IMG/VR virus record: IMGVR_UViG_3300042527_000115
Span: 1-62,090 of that record
DNA: 62,090 nt
Direction: 5' to 3' (one strand)
Source: a virus
Taxonomy: Duplodnaviria; Caudoviricetes
Of this stretch, positions 18,605 through 30,600 are shown piece by piece. The notes under the pieces were generated by a model, which did not search any database, had not been told where the DNA came from, and saw only the letters and a list, made by a program, of their open reading frames with translations. The first letter of the stretch is position 1. Each line of letters opens with the position of its first letter. A program made the position numbers and the translations under genes.

Positions 18605-20509
18605 ATGCCACTCAAGAAGATACTGTTTAAACCAGGTGTGAACAAAGAAAACACCCGGTATACCACCGAAGGCGGCTGGTACGAATGCGACAAAGTCCGT
18701 TTCCGTCAGGGTAGCCCTGAGAAGATTGGTGGGTGGGCGCAGATCTCTAGTAGCCGATTCTTGGGGGTGTGCCGGTCGCTGTGGAACTGGGTGACCCTGG
18801 GAGGGGCAAACCTGATCGGAGTGGGTACTAACCTTAAGTTCTACATAGAGCAAGGCGCTGCCTACTATGACATCACCCCCATCCGAGCCACAACGGCGGC
18901 TGGCGAGGTGACCTTTGCAGCCTCTAATGGCAGCTCGACCATCACCGTTACGGACAACAACCACGGAGCCTATACGGGCGATTTTGTGACCTTCTCTGGG
19001 GTAGATGCCAACGGCCTTGGGGTCGGGGGAAATATCACCGAGGCAGTCCTTGAGCAGAACTACCAGATCGCCCAGGTTTTGACTGCCAATACCTACACCA
19101 TCGTAGCCAAGAACCCAACAACAGGAGCGGCTGTAACTGCGAATGCGAATGACTCCGGAAATGGTGGGGCATCTGTGGTTGGTGCTTATGAAATCCATGT
19201 GGGCGCTGCAACACAAGTTCCGTTTACAGGGTGGGGCGCAGGCTCATGGGGCGAAGGAAACTGGGGCCAAGGCGGTACAACACCCGAACTGATTCGGCTT
19301 TGGAGTCAGGCTAACTTTGGTGAGGATTTGCTTTTTGCTAACCGTGGAAGCCCGATCTATTACTGGGATTCCTCTGCCGGGACCAGCAATCGGGGTGTGC
19401 TTTTGTCCAGTCTTGGAGGGGCTTCTGGGGTTCCGACTACGGTAAATAAGGTATTCGTGTCCGACGTTTACCGATTTGCTATGGCTTTTGGAGCAAACGA
19501 CATCGGCTCTGGAACCTTAGACCCAATGCTGATTCGGTGGTCAGATCAGGAGTCGGCGGTAAATTGGACACCTAGTGCTACCAATCAGGCTGGCAGTCTG
19601 AGGCTTTCCAGTGGATCAACAATTGTTGCCGTAATCCAGTCCCGGCAAGAGATTATCGTATTTACAGACTCGGCCATTTATTCTCTCCAGTATCTTGGCC
19701 CACAAGGCGGCGTCTGGGGAGCTACGCTTTTGGCAGATAACATCTCCATCCAAAGCCCAAATGCCGTGGCGTTTGCCTCCGGTATCGTGTACTGGATGGG
19801 TATCGACAAGTTCTACTATTACGATGGCCGGGTACAAACGCTGCCCTGCGATCTGCGCCGGTTCATCTTCAACGACATCAATCTTCAGCAGACCGACCAG
19901 ATCTTTGCTGGGACAAGCGAGGGATTTACAGAGGTCTGGTGGTTCTACCCCACCGCTGGATCTAGCACCATTGACCGGTATGTGATCTATAACTACCTTG
20001 AAAAAGCCTGGTACTACGGGACTCTGGCCAGGACGGCATGGTTAGATAGCGGACTACAGGACTACCCGATAGCAGCCACTTACACTAATAACCTGGTCTA
20101 TCACGAGTTTGGTATCAATGACAACGAGACCGGGACTCCGGCGGCTATCGAGGCGTATATCTCCTCCTCAGAGTTTGACATTGACGATGGCCATAACTTT
20201 GGCTTTATCTGGAGGATGCTGCCGGACATCACCTTTGAAGGGTCTAGTGCCTCCAACCCACAGGCGGTATTCACGCTCCAACCCATGAAGGGTTCAGGAT
20301 CAGGGTTTACTACCCCAGCGTCCACCGGAGGCACTAACTTTGCTACGGTAACCAGAACGGCTACGGTGCCAATTGAAGCGTTCACTAACATTATCTACAC
20401 CCGGGTCCGCGCCCGGCAGATGATCTTCAAAGTATCTTCCAGTGATCTGAATACCACCTGGCAGCTTGGCGCACCCCGTATTGACATCAGGCCAGACGGG
20501 CGCAGATGA
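18605..20509 (+). CDS. Tail nozzle / packaged-DNA stabilisation protein
   Basis: 634 aa; KVRFRQG.PEKIGGW, IRWSDQE, EVWWFYP, RARQ motifs typical of short-tail nozzle proteins. Confidence 0.65.
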   Translation: MPLKKILFKPGVNKENTRYTTEGGWYECDKVRFRQGSPEKIGGWAQISSSRFLGVCRSLWNWVTLGGANLIGVGTNLKFYIEQGAAYYDITPIRATTAAGEVTFAASNGSSTITVTDNNHGAYTGDFVTFSGVDANGLGVGGNITEAVLEQNYQIAQVLTANTYTIVAKNPTTGAAVTANANDSGNGGASVVGAYEIHVGAATQVPFTGWGAGSWGEGNWGQGGTTPELIRLWSQANFGEDLLFANRGSPIYYWDSSAGTSNRGVLLSSLGGASGVPTTVNKVFVSDVYRFAMAFGANDIGSGTLDPMLIRWSDQESAVNWTPSATNQAGSLRLSSGSTIVAVIQSRQEIIVFTDSAIYSLQYLGPQGGVWGATLLADNISIQSPNAVAFASGIVYWMGIDKFYYYDGRVQTLPCDLRRFIFNDINLQQTDQIFAGTSEGFTEVWWFYPTAGSSTIDRYVIYNYLEKAWYYGTLARTAWLDSGLQDYPIAATYTNNLVYHEFGINDNETGTPAAIEAYISSSEFDIDDGHNFGFIWRMLPDITFEGSSASNPQAVFTLQPMKGSGSGFTTPASTGGTNFATVTRTATVPIEAFTNIIYTRVRARQMIFKVSSSDLNTTWQLGAPRIDIRPDGRR

Positions 20510-21462
20510 CAATCGAGAAGACCTATGTTGCACCAGCGCTACCGTATGCACCAGTTACGGAGTTCAATGCCACATTCATGGACGGGTACAGCCGTATCCT
20601 GCGCCTGTACTTCAACCTCAATGACAACCTAATCGACCAGATTCTGGAGCTGCTCAATAACGGCGGCTACTTCCCAGAGCTTAACGCCGGGGAGTTCAAT
20701 GGGGGTAACTTTAACGGTGATACGGCCAACCTAGACCTGGTCAATGCCGGGCAAGTAGTGGCGGCTCTTGCCTACCTGCAAACCTTGTACGCCGGGGGAG
20801 TCCAGGCTCAAGACGTATTGGCTAACAATGTGACCGGCTCAAACGTAAACGGCAGCTTGTTTACCGGATCTGGCAGACAGCTAAATTTCCCCCATATTGG
20901 CGCTAGCGGCAACGCTGATCAGTACGCCACAGCAAACGACACGCCAACCATCGTTCAGTGGGATACCGCAGACGAAATATTAGGGTTTACCCTTAACAAT
21001 GACTATACAGCCACCCCTACTTACAACGGGGTGTACAAGATTACTTACGGTCTTCAGTTTGCTAATACTGACAACGCTGCTCACGATGTAGTTATTTGGA
21101 TAAGAGTTAATGGAACGGATGTAGTCAAGTCGGCGGTCAAGTACACCTTGCCAGCTAGAAAAAGCGCAGGAGTTCCGTCTTATCTCTTGGCGGGATCAAC
21201 AATTGTTTTTGATATTCAGGCTGGGCAGTCGGTGGGGTTGTGGTGGGCAACCGATAAGGCATACAGCACGACTGGCCCGGTAGATGGGGTCTACATAGAA
21301 TATCTCCCAGCTCAAACCACTCCATACGCACATCCAGCTGTTCCGGCTTCAATTGGAGATATTTCCTATGTATCTGCACCATTCCCGCCGAAAACTCAGG
21401 TGGCCCTGGTAGGGGTAGCTGGAGTCGGTGCTGTCGGTTCTGTGTCCATATTGGTCTATTGA
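20506..21462 (+). CDS. Tail-associated structural protein
   Basis: RILRLYFN N-terminus; C-terminal beta-sandwich (GVYKITYGLQ...WIRVNG). Confidence 0.6.
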   Translation: MTIEKTYVAPALPYAPVTEFNATFMDGYSRILRLYFNLNDNLIDQILELLNNGGYFPELNAGEFNGGNFNGDTANLDLVNAGQVVAALAYLQTLYAGGVQAQDVLANNVTGSNVNGSLFTGSGRQLNFPHIGASGNADQYATANDTPTIVQWDTADEILGFTLNNDYTATPTYNGVYKITYGLQFANTDNAAHDVVIWIRVNGTDVVKSAVKYTLPARKSAGVPSYLLAGSTIVFDIQAGQSVGLWWATDKAYSTTGPVDGVYIEYLPAQTTPYAHPAVPASIGDISYVSAPFPPKTQVALVGVAGVGAVGSVSILVY

Positions 21463-21487
21463 CTCGTACATGACACAGAGCTATAAT
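21459..21487 (+). promoter_or_regulatory. Sigma70-type promoter
   Basis: TTGACT-17 nt-TATAAT. Confidence 0.7.
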
Positions 21488-21566
21488 CCCGACCAATTTC
21501 TAGGGTTAATTCCGGCCTCCCCTAGCCGTGCGCATTCCGTAGTGAAACCAATCTTTGGGATTGAGC

Positions 21567-23951
21567 ATGGCGTCATTTGAAGAAGCGTTGCCGGGGTTAC
21601 AAGCGCAGTATCCAAATATCATGGATGCCTTGGCTGCGTACAACCAATCGCAGCAACAAGCTTACTTCGCGCCAGCCACAACTCCAGCAGCACCAGCCAC
21701 AACCCCTGCCGGTATTGCCGCATTACCATCTGCAACCCCTTTAAACATCGCAGTACCAACAAATCTTCCAACTGATGTTGCTGGTTTGTACACATCGGTG
21801 CTTGGCCGTGACCCGTTAGCCGGACAACAACCAGATACGACTGGGTTTAATTACTGGCAAAAAGAAATTGGATCAGATGGCATAACCGCAGACGAATACA
21901 AAAGATTTTATGAAGCTGGCATACCGGAACTGATTAGCTCGGCATACAAGACCGTGCTTGGTCGGGACATCCCCGCAACGGACACTGGCCCGTCTTATTA
22001 CACTGAACAACTTCGCTCTGGGGCATTGACTCCGCAAACTTTACGATCTGCTTTGGTATCTGGAGCGACCGGCACAGATATCCTGCCCGCTCAGGCTTAT
22101 GACATTTTAGGTAGCTCAGGGATTTATCAAGCATTAGAGAACCCACGATATGCAACAGCTTTAGAGCAAAAGCTTGGTCTTGATCCGGGAACATTAGCGC
22201 CAACAGTTAAGTCTTCCGATCTAGCAACCAAAAACTTGCAAGAACTCCAAAGCATCTTGCAAACATCAGGATTTAATAAATACCAAGAAGCAGATCGTGT
22301 TAGTGGGATTGCTAAAAACCTTTACGGTTTAACTGATGAGCAAACAATCAAGTTAGAAAAAGATTTAATTAGCGGTAAATCAACAGATCCATTGTTGAAA
22401 GAAATTTATCAATCTTATTTAACTGGCAAGCCAAACGAAGAGTTACAACAAAAGCTAGTTCAAGATGCTGCTACTAAAGCACCGGATTCTCCTTTCTTCC
22501 AAGCCAATCCATTCCAAAAAGTTATCAACACCCCTATTGGTGAAATAAAACGGGGTGAAGAAACATCCAACACTTACGGTGTTGATCCTCGCACGAACCT
22601 ACCAATTCTCCACAAGAAAGCATTTGACGACATTCTTGACAAAGACGGTGAAGTCTTTATTGGTGGAATGCAGGATATGACGGACAACATTCGTCATCAA
22701 TATGTTGGAGCAGACCCACACAGTAAATGGCAGGGTGCTTTAGCCAGAGGAACCGGTGTTTTTGGTGTAACCGCTGACAAAAAAGATATATCTGACTTTG
22801 CACGAATTGAAAAAGAACTAAACAGGCTTGGTGGTGTTCAAAAGCAGATTGACCCAGAAACTGGGTCTGAGATGGATGTTGTTTATGTAGAACGACAAGA
22901 TCCGGAAAATCAGAATCGCACTTATAAGATACCGGTTACAGCCGAACAATTCTTTGCTATGCAGTTGGCTGGAGATCAGTATTACGGTGCCGAAGATCCA
23001 GCAAGCGTAGCCAGATACACCAGAAACTTTGAGTCAACATCGGCATACGACTATTACAAAAACACCAAAGCCAGGCTTGATGAAATTGCTAAGGATACAT
23101 ACAAAGACCCATCCAAAGCACCGCAATACAAAGACATTAAAGATGTTTATGACGATCTAAACAACAAGTACAAAGATCTTTATCTTTGGCAGGGCCGTAC
23201 CGATACCCTAGATCCAGCAGCAGCCAAGACGCTAGGCATTGACGACGTTAAAGAAAACTCCAAACACGCATCAATTTTGTACACATCAGCTAACGATAAG
23301 CTGGTACCGGTCAAAGTTCAGCGTGTGTATGACTTTGAAGATCCCAATACAAGTAGCGGATTCTTTGGTGATCTCTTTAACAACATCATGGAGATCCTTT
23401 CTGTACCGCCAATTGCTATGGCGCTTGGTGCGTATTTAACTACCCCTGGAATTGATGCAATAACTGGAGCCGCAACACCTGCGCCGTTGTCAACTGCAAC
23501 TAGTTCAGTGGCAAACTTATTACCAAGCGGGTTAACAAGTATTCTTCCAGCATCTATTACTCCGGAAATGATTGCAAGGTCAATTATTAGTTCTGGCATT
23601 GGAGCGTTACCTGCTGGTACTCGTGGTCTTGATGATTATTTAAAAGCGTTTGGAACTAACTTAGCAGGTCAAGCTGTACAACTCGGTGGTCAAGGCATTG
23701 GTCTGCCATCAGTAGTTTCTAGAGGACTTGGCACAGCAACGACCGCTGCGCTCTCAGATCGTGACGTAGGGGATGCGCTTACACGATTAACAACATCTGA
23801 GGGGATTGGTGCATTGTTACAAAATGCCACAACCGGTGATTTTGATAAAAATTTACTCGCAGCTTTTGCACCTTCAATTTTGAGCGGAAGACTTACTCCA
23901 GCAGATTTAATGCGTATTGCTCAAGTAACAAATCCGTCACCGAAGAAATGA
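21567..23951 (+). CDS. Internal virion/ejection-type protein
   Basis: Long ORF with Y..VLGR repeats; position before the ejection genes; start uncertain (21555 or 21567). Confidence 0.55.
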   Translation: MASFEEALPGLQAQYPNIMDALAAYNQSQQQAYFAPATTPAAPATTPAGIAALPSATPLNIAVPTNLPTDVAGLYTSVLGRDPLAGQQPDTTGFNYWQKEIGSDGITADEYKRFYEAGIPELISSAYKTVLGRDIPATDTGPSYYTEQLRSGALTPQTLRSALVSGATGTDILPAQAYDILGSSGIYQALENPRYATALEQKLGLDPGTLAPTVKSSDLATKNLQELQSILQTSGFNKYQEADRVSGIAKNLYGLTDEQTIKLEKDLISGKSTDPLLKEIYQSYLTGKPNEELQQKLVQDAATKAPDSPFFQANPFQKVINTPIGEIKRGEETSNTYGVDPRTNLPILHKKAFDDILDKDGEVFIGGMQDMTDNIRHQYVGADPHSKWQGALARGTGVFGVTADKKDISDFARIEKELNRLGGVQKQIDPETGSEMDVVYVERQDPENQNRTYKIPVTAEQFFAMQLAGDQYYGAEDPASVARYTRNFESTSAYDYYKNTKARLDEIAKDTYKDPSKAPQYKDIKDVYDDLNNKYKDLYLWQGRTDTLDPAAAKTLGIDDVKENSKHASILYTSANDKLVPVKVQRVYDFEDPNTSSGFFGDLFNNIMEILSVPPIAMALGAYLTTPGIDAITGAATPAPLSTATSSVANLLPSGLTSILPASITPEMIARSIISSGIGALPAGTRGLDDYLKAFGTNLAGQAVQLGGQGIGLPSVVSRGLGTATTAALSDRDVGDALTRLTTSEGIGALLQNATTGDFDKNLLAAFAPSILSGRLTPADLMRIAQVTNPSPKK

Positions 23952-23958
23952 GATAACT

Positions 23959-25044
23959 ATGGCCGATTACAGTTTTTTCGATGAAAACTACGACTCGTAT
24001 CTCCCTGGAGGTGGGTTCGAAGGATTCCCATCTAGCTTTGATATTCCTAGTATTGACTTAGGTAACCTTGATTTGTCAAGCATAGATTTGGGTGGAGACT
24101 CTTATGGCGGGTTTGGGATTGATCTAAGCAGTCTAGGAGACAGTTTTGGTTTTGATCTGTCCGGCATAACTCCAGATATGAGTTTGTACGGACTTGACTT
24201 AGGCGATCTAAGTGGAATGCTTCCAGATGTGGAATCAGATCCATATGCCGGTCTTGGTTACTCAGCACAGGATATAAAAGAATTACAAGAAGGAACATAC
24301 TCAGGTCCAGAGCAAAGCGATGAGTATGTAAAACAACAGCTCGGGGAAGACTTATACAAAGAGTTGTATCCGTACGGTACAGGAGGCCGAGGTGGCGATG
24401 CTGAGGCTCAAGAGGGTGGTTTCTACGGAAACACTAAAAATGCTACCTATGACCCCAAGACAAACACAACGACAATTCGCAATCCAGATGGAAGCACTCG
24501 TACTATTCAAGGGCCACCAACTCCTGGCGGAACCAACACCATCACTCAAAAAATAACAGATGTTATTAATCGACTTACCACCACCGGACCCAACAAACAA
24601 GATGCGCTACTAGCAGCACTGCTTGGCGGTCTAATGGGATTACTTGGCAAAGGTTCTGCTGCTAAAGGTCCGGTTGGCTACAAGGGAGAGATTCCTAAAT
24701 TCACAGCAGTCCGTGGTAAACCCGGCGAGGGTACCAAGTTTATTCAAGCAGCAGGCGGTGGTTTGATGGATCTTGCCCAGGGTGGTCGTGCAGCTCGTTA
24801 TCTCCGTGGCGGCACGGACGGAATGGCCGACAAGATTAAGACCGACATTGATGGCAAACAGCCCGCCCGTCTATCGCACGGAGAGTTTGTAATTCCGGCA
24901 GATGTGGTGTCTCATTTAGGTAATGGCAACTCAGATGCTGGAGCCGATGTGTTGTATGAAATGATGGACAAAATTCGCACAGCTCGGACAGGCACAAAGA
25001 AACAAGGCAAACAGATTAACCCCCGGAAATACATCCCGGCATAA
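23959..25044 (+). CDS. Internal virion protein
   Basis: Acidic low-complexity N-terminus; DGMADKI...ARLSHGEFVIPADVV motif. Confidence 0.6.
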   Translation: MADYSFFDENYDSYLPGGGFEGFPSSFDIPSIDLGNLDLSSIDLGGDSYGGFGIDLSSLGDSFGFDLSGITPDMSLYGLDLGDLSGMLPDVESDPYAGLGYSAQDIKELQEGTYSGPEQSDEYVKQQLGEDLYKELYPYGTGGRGGDAEAQEGGFYGNTKNATYDPKTNTTTIRNPDGSTRTIQGPPTPGGTNTITQKITDVINRLTTTGPNKQDALLAALLGGLMGLLGKGSAAKGPVGYKGEIPKFTAVRGKPGEGTKFIQAAGGGLMDLAQGGRAARYLRGGTDGMADKIKTDIDGKQPARLSHGEFVIPADVVSHLGNGNSDAGADVLYEMMDKIRTARTGTKKQGKQINPRKYIPA

Positions 25045-25047
25045 GGA

Positions 25048-26001
25048 ATGATCATGGCAACAGGAATGGAAACCACAGGCGGTACCGAATCAAGCTTATC
25101 CCCATACGTTGGTCCGTATGTCACGAGGATGCTGGGTCAGGCCGAGGCTCTTGGCCCGTATGGCGTTACTGCGGAGGGGCAAGAGTTTGGACGAAAGTTC
25201 CAACCTTATGGGGCTGAGCAATACACAGCCGCTACAGATATTGCCGGACGACTGGTTGCTCCTGAGTCAAACTTACAAACCAAAGCATTCACAGGGATTG
25301 GCTCATTAACCGTACCAACTGCATTGACTACCGCCGGGACACAGGCAGTCGGCACTTACGGTGCATCCCAACAATATATGCCTACGGTCGGCACGGTTCA
25401 GTCCTACATGAATCCGTACCTTGAGGCAGTCCTTGAGCCACAGCGTCGGGAGGCTAGTCGTCAGGCTGATATTGCCCGTAACGAAATGCAAAGCCGTCTG
25501 GCTAAAGCCGGCGCTTATGGCGGCTCCCGTCAGGCAATCATGGAAGCTGAATCTCAGCGTAATCTCCAGACTCTTTTGGGAGATATCACTGGCAAGGGAT
25601 ACGCTGGTGCATTTGAAGCAGCTCAAAGACAACGTCAGGCAGATATTGATGCGGGGCTTCGTGGGCTTGCCGCTCAGACTGCCGCGACCCAAGCTTTGAC
25701 TCAGGCCGGAAGTCAGCAGGGCGAGTATGGATTACGTAATCTCCAGCAGATGTTGTCAGCAGGTCAGACGGAGCGTGACATCGAGCAGGCTGGACTGACT
25801 GCCGCATACAACCAGTTCTTGCGTGAGGAGCAGTATCCGCAACAGCAGCTTGAGTTCCAGCGTTCAATGCTGTCTGGCTTACCAATCGCCGCAGCCAGCT
25901 TCTATCAGCCTGCACCAAGCGCATTCCAGTCTGCCGCAGGCGGTGCTGGAACCACTTTAGAACTTCTCAGAATTCTTGGACAGATCGGAAAACAGTCATG
26001 A
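25048..26001 (+). CDS. DNA ejection/pilot-type protein
   Basis: YMNPY, GAYGGSRQAI motifs; Gln/Ala-rich. Confidence 0.6.
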   Translation: MIMATGMETTGGTESSLSPYVGPYVTRMLGQAEALGPYGVTAEGQEFGRKFQPYGAEQYTAATDIAGRLVAPESNLQTKAFTGIGSLTVPTALTTAGTQAVGTYGASQQYMPTVGTVQSYMNPYLEAVLEPQRREASRQADIARNEMQSRLAKAGAYGGSRQAIMEAESQRNLQTLLGDITGKGYAGAFEAAQRQRQADIDAGLRGLAAQTAATQALTQAGSQQGEYGLRNLQQMLSAGQTERDIEQAGLTAAYNQFLREEQYPQQQLEFQRSMLSGLPIAAASFYQPAPSAFQSAAGGAGTTLELLRILGQIGKQS

Positions 26002-27686
26002 TGAATCTTGTTCAACTTCAAGAACGTCTTAAAGACGTTCCGATGCAGGCACTAATGCAGTACGCCAACGGGGCTAATCCACAGGTTCCCCCGTTCCTTG
26101 CCTTGGGCGAACTGAACCGCCGCAAGAAGATGCAAGAGTCAGCCGCTGCCGATCAAGCCCAAGAGATGGAAGGTGCGCCCACGGTTAAGCAGCAGATCGA
26201 GCAAGCCGCTGGTCTCATGGCGCTTCAGGGTAGCCGTCAGCGTCAAGCCGCTCAACAGCAACAAGGCATTCAGGCAAATATGCCTATGGCCGCACCTAAT
26301 ACGACAACCTCTGAGCCAGCTCAGTTAGCGGGCGGTGGATTCATTGATGACATTGTGGTTCCTCGGGACTACCAGGCTGGCGGTCAGGTTAATCCTGAGA
26401 TGATGAAGAAGTTGATGATGATGAAGATGATGCAAAAGCGTCGTCCAGGAGTCGCCGGTATTCCAATACAAAACATGTTTAAACGCAGCGACTACGCAGG
26501 CGGCGGAATCGTAGCGTTCAATGGTACGTTTGATTCTTTTGTGCAAGAAACAAGCCCCAGGGGAGATACCAAAGAGCGTGAAGCAACTCCTGAAGAAAAA
26601 GAACTTATGACTCTTTCTGAACTTCAAGAGTACAACCGATCCGGTAAAATTCCTGATCGGGTTAAAGCACAACCCACTCCTGCTCCTCGTCAAGTATCGC
26701 CAACGGAACCACCGCCATCGGCAGCTACTCCTGCCGCAGCTGCACCGGGTGTCGCTTCAAGAACCGGTATTGGGTCACTTCCCACAACTCCCAGAGCGCT
26801 TTCACAAGCAGTAGTCAGTGCGCTTGGTATGAGCGCGGATGAAATGTTTCCCGATACGCCAGCTCGCAGTTTTGATGAAATCATTAATGAACAGCGACGT
26901 CGTCAGAAAGCTATGGGAATTAGTGAAGCATACCTTGATGAACGCGAAAAAAGACTTGGTGATATTCAACGTCGTCGTGAAGCGGAGAGAGCTGATCAAC
27001 CTATGACGGAACTTACTAAGTTTCTCCAGGGCGCTGCAACCGGTCCTCGTGGCGGTACCTTTGGTACGCAAGGTGCGTCCGGTGTAGCTGCTTCGTCTAA
27101 GTATCGTGAGGAGCAACGCGCTCTCCGTGATAAGCAGGACATGGAGATGGAGGATCTGAAATTTACTGTTGCTGCCAAGCGTGATGCTATCCGTCGTGGT
27201 GATATGACTGCTGCTGAGGCTTTCGAAGCTCAGGAGAAGAAATTGCGTCAAGATCTTGCCAAGATTCGTTCTGATATCAAACTTAAACAGGGTGAGCTTG
27301 GTAGCTTAGAAGAGTATCGTCGTCGTTCAGGTGACATCGAATCAGCAAAACTTGTTGAAAGTCGAGACCTAAATAACTTCAATCGTGCAATGACCGCGGC
27401 GAATCTTGAGGCAGAACGGGTTCGTAGTGATCTTCGTAAGCGGGCCGAAGGTATGATGGATAAGGGATTGAACGAAAAAATCAAAGCCAATCCAAACTAC
27501 ATTGAAGAGCAAGTAGAGGCGGCACGTAATCGCATACTGCGTGGATATGGCGTTGGTTCATTACCTGCGGCGGATACCCAAGCGGCCGGAGGCAACGTAG
27601 AGGTTAAGTTGCCAAATGGCAGATCAATGTATTTCCCAAATCAACAGGCAGCAGATCAATTTAAACGTGAAGCCGGAATCAGGTAA
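25998..27686 (+). CDS. Internal virion protein
   Basis: Helical Gln-rich; YAGGGIVAF motif. Confidence 0.55.
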   Translation: MMNLVQLQERLKDVPMQALMQYANGANPQVPPFLALGELNRRKKMQESAAADQAQEMEGAPTVKQQIEQAAGLMALQGSRQRQAAQQQQGIQANMPMAAPNTTTSEPAQLAGGGFIDDIVVPRDYQAGGQVNPEMMKKLMMMKMMQKRRPGVAGIPIQNMFKRSDYAGGGIVAFNGTFDSFVQETSPRGDTKEREATPEEKELMTLSELQEYNRSGKIPDRVKAQPTPAPRQVSPTEPPPSAATPAAAAPGVASRTGIGSLPTTPRALSQAVVSALGMSADEMFPDTPARSFDEIINEQRRRQKAMGISEAYLDEREKRLGDIQRRREAERADQPMTELTKFLQGAATGPRGGTFGTQGASGVAASSKYREEQRALRDKQDMEMEDLKFTVAAKRDAIRRGDMTAAEAFEAQEKKLRQDLAKIRSDIKLKQGELGSLEEYRRRSGDIESAKLVESRDLNNFNRAMTAANLEAERVRSDLRKRAEGMMDKGLNEKIKANPNYIEEQVEAARNRILRGYGVGSLPAADTQAAGGNVEVKLPNGRSMYFPNQQAADQFKREAGIR

Positions 27687-30600
27687 TGGATTACGAAGCC
27701 CTGGCAAGGAAGTATGGCGGTAGTCCTGCGCCATTAGCTGCCGATCCTCTTGAGGATTTGGCTCGCAAATACGGTGGATCACCAACGCCGCTAGCATCCC
27801 CCGCGGCTGCTCCGAAAGAACCGGAAAGCGGTGTTCTACGTCAGATAGCAGACGTTCCGCTAGGTGTAGCCAAAGGCGTTACATCCGGCATTCGGATGTT
27901 GTCCGACATCTTTGGTGCAGATAACCCCGTTAGCCAGGCACTCAAGGGAACCGAAGGATATCTCAATGATCTGATGTCAGCTCAGGCCCGCAACGATCAG
28001 AAAGAGATCGCGCGGATTATGAAAGAGGCTGAGGACAAGGGCGTCTTAGATCAGGTGATAGCTGGTGTCAAAGCCTTTGCCACAGCCCCGGTCGATATGC
28101 TTTCTCAAGCAGCAGGCACAGCTATTCCAACCATTGCTGGTGGCCTAGCAGGAACAATTCTTAAAGTAGCTCCAAAGGTTACCGCTGGATTGACCGGTGT
28201 TGGCATGGGTACCGGCGTGGTCAAGGGAACAATCTATGAAGAGACCAAGCAAGCTCTTAAAGATGCCGGCGTATCTGAAGATCAGGCGGAAGCAAGGGCG
28301 CAGCTAGCTCAATCCTACGGCGGCAAAAATCTAGATCAGATCCTACTAGGATCAGCATTGGGTGGATTGACTGCGGTAGTTGGTGTCGAACCTGCTGCGA
28401 TAGGTGCTTTAACCAAACGTATATTGGCCAAAGAGGCAACTGAGAAAGCTGCTGAGGCAACTGCTAAAGAAGCCTCAAAATCTGTCGCCAGACGGGCTGT
28501 TACTACCGGCGCTACTGAGGCTGGCCCAGAATTTCTACAAGCCTTCCAAGAGCAAGTTGCATCGAACATTGCCCAGCAGCGTGAGGGTCTAGATGTAGAT
28601 GCCATTCGCGGAGCTGTAGCTGCTGGTACTTTGGAAGGATTAGCTGGTGCTGGTCTTGGTGCTGGAGTTGGCGCAATCACTGGGCCACGGGTAGCGGCTG
28701 AGAAGAGGACGCCTGAGGAGATTGCGGCCGAACAGAAACCGGCTGAACCAACCATTACCAAATACTCCACAGTTAATCGCCGCGGTCAGGCTATCACTGT
28801 AGATGTCAGTGAAAACCCAGATGGAACCATTACGGCCAAGAGTAGCGATGGTACTGACTTCGACCTTGATCCTTTCTTGAACCGCGGCATGTCTGTGCCT
28901 GAGGCGGTCAACGCAGCTTTTGCCCGTAAGAATGCCAAGATGGCCACGCCTGTGACCGAAGAGGTTGAGGAAGAGGCTAAGGTTGAAGAGCCTGCAAAAG
29001 TAGTCCCTCCGGTGGCAGCTGAGACAGCTCCTGAAGTAATTAAGGCTGCTGAGCCTGAGACTGAGGCTCCTCCAAAACTAACCGCTCCTGAAGGATTCAA
29101 GCTTAAAGAAGGGCGTAACGAGCAAGTAGTTCTTGCTGCCCGTCAACTTGAAGAAAAACTAGCCGCTGCTAAAACAGAGGAAGAAAAAGCTACAGCTAAA
29201 GCTGAATACGACAGATATGTAAATTATTACACACCGGTTCCAGCTTTAAAGTCAGATGCTATTGAGAGTCCCTTGTCTTCCGAGGAACTTCAAAAGGTTT
29301 TAACTCTTCCAAAGGTTCAAAAAGACCAGGCCAAAATCGATGCACCGATAGAGGATGGCACTCGGGTTGGTTTGCGCATGGATATTCCGGCCCTGAAAGA
29401 GTCTAAAAAGGTTGGTCTTCGGGGTAGCGTTGTATCTGTTCACAAGGGTGCAGACCCTGAAAAGAAAAGCACTGGTGATAACATAAGCTACAAGAGTGCT
29501 GGCCACATTACCGATGCCAAAATGGCTATCCGTAGTGAAGAGGCAGCATTTGATGTAGCAAAGTCTGAAGAGGGTCGAGCTGGGCAAAAGAAGCCGCAGC
29601 AAACCATTGAGGGTAAATGGGTCAATACCCCTCCAGAAGAAATTTATTCTCGGGTACAGCAGTTAATGGAGGATCCTGAGTGGACTCAGGTCAGCCTAGA
29701 TCCTAATCGTCATTCATTCTTTTACGATCGTAAGACTCTACGCCCAGTCGTTGCTGCTGATGAGGTGTACCAGATCGGCCGATTTGTTTTGGCTAAAAAT
29801 GCAAAGTTTGGCAATCGTAATAACTTTTTGTATGCACAAACTAAACCCGGAACTAAAGGCAATCCTAAAGCTGCGGTTCAAGCTCTGATTAATAAGGTCA
29901 AAGAGGGTTGGGTTAACGCACCTAACACAGAGGTTGTCCAATCAATCAGCGAGTTACCACGCGACTTACAGAACCAGATTGAAGAAGACGGTGTCAATCC
30001 CCGCGGTGCGTATCACCCGCCGACCAATACCGTTTACATCATCTCGGACAATATTGCTGGATATCGAGACGCATTTGTTACCCTGACTCACGAGGCGCTC
30101 GGCCACTTTGGTCTGCGGTCTATTCTTGGCAATAGATACAAATCAGTCATGGAAAACTTCTATGAAACCAATTCAGAGGTTAAGAAGTTAGCTGATAAGA
30201 AGATCAAGGAAGGTCTAGACAAAGCTACCGCTGTTGAAGAGGTGCTGGCTGAAGCTATTGAGGATCGCATACCGCAGGACACGACTCTTGGTAAAGCTAT
30301 CCAAATGCTCAAAAACATCATCCGTCAGTTTGCCAAGATGCTTGGCGTCAAGACGTTGAATGATGCAGAAGTACAAAGTCTCCTCGATTCTGCCCGTGAC
30401 TACGTGATTGAGGGTAGATCTAAGGGGGCTTCTCCACCAGCTGAGGGTCGGGCCGTATTCGCTAAAGCCAAGAAGCCTGCCGCCAAGCGTAGCGTTGCTG
30501 GCGAAGCAGCCATGCAAACAGTCAAGGATCTAGGCAGGGAACAAGAGGTTCCGCCTAGCACCATGGAAAAAGCCTTGAGCGTTTTAAGAGACGCCAAGGA

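Noticed and set aside
18035-19216. 393-aa antisense ORF, and similar long antisense ORFs at 44056, 47940, 58020, 58954, 60794
   Set aside because: Shadows of well-supported genes on the opposite strand; no motifs
25798-25815. Possible self-target: the reverse complement of unit 9 (AC GC GC TA AA CA) matches ACT GCC GCA TAC AAC CAG in NN-x register
   Set aside because: Only 6 consecutive of 15 dinucleotides match and the flanks mostly fail; about one such hit is expected by chance across both strands and all units. An exhaustive search was not possible by eye
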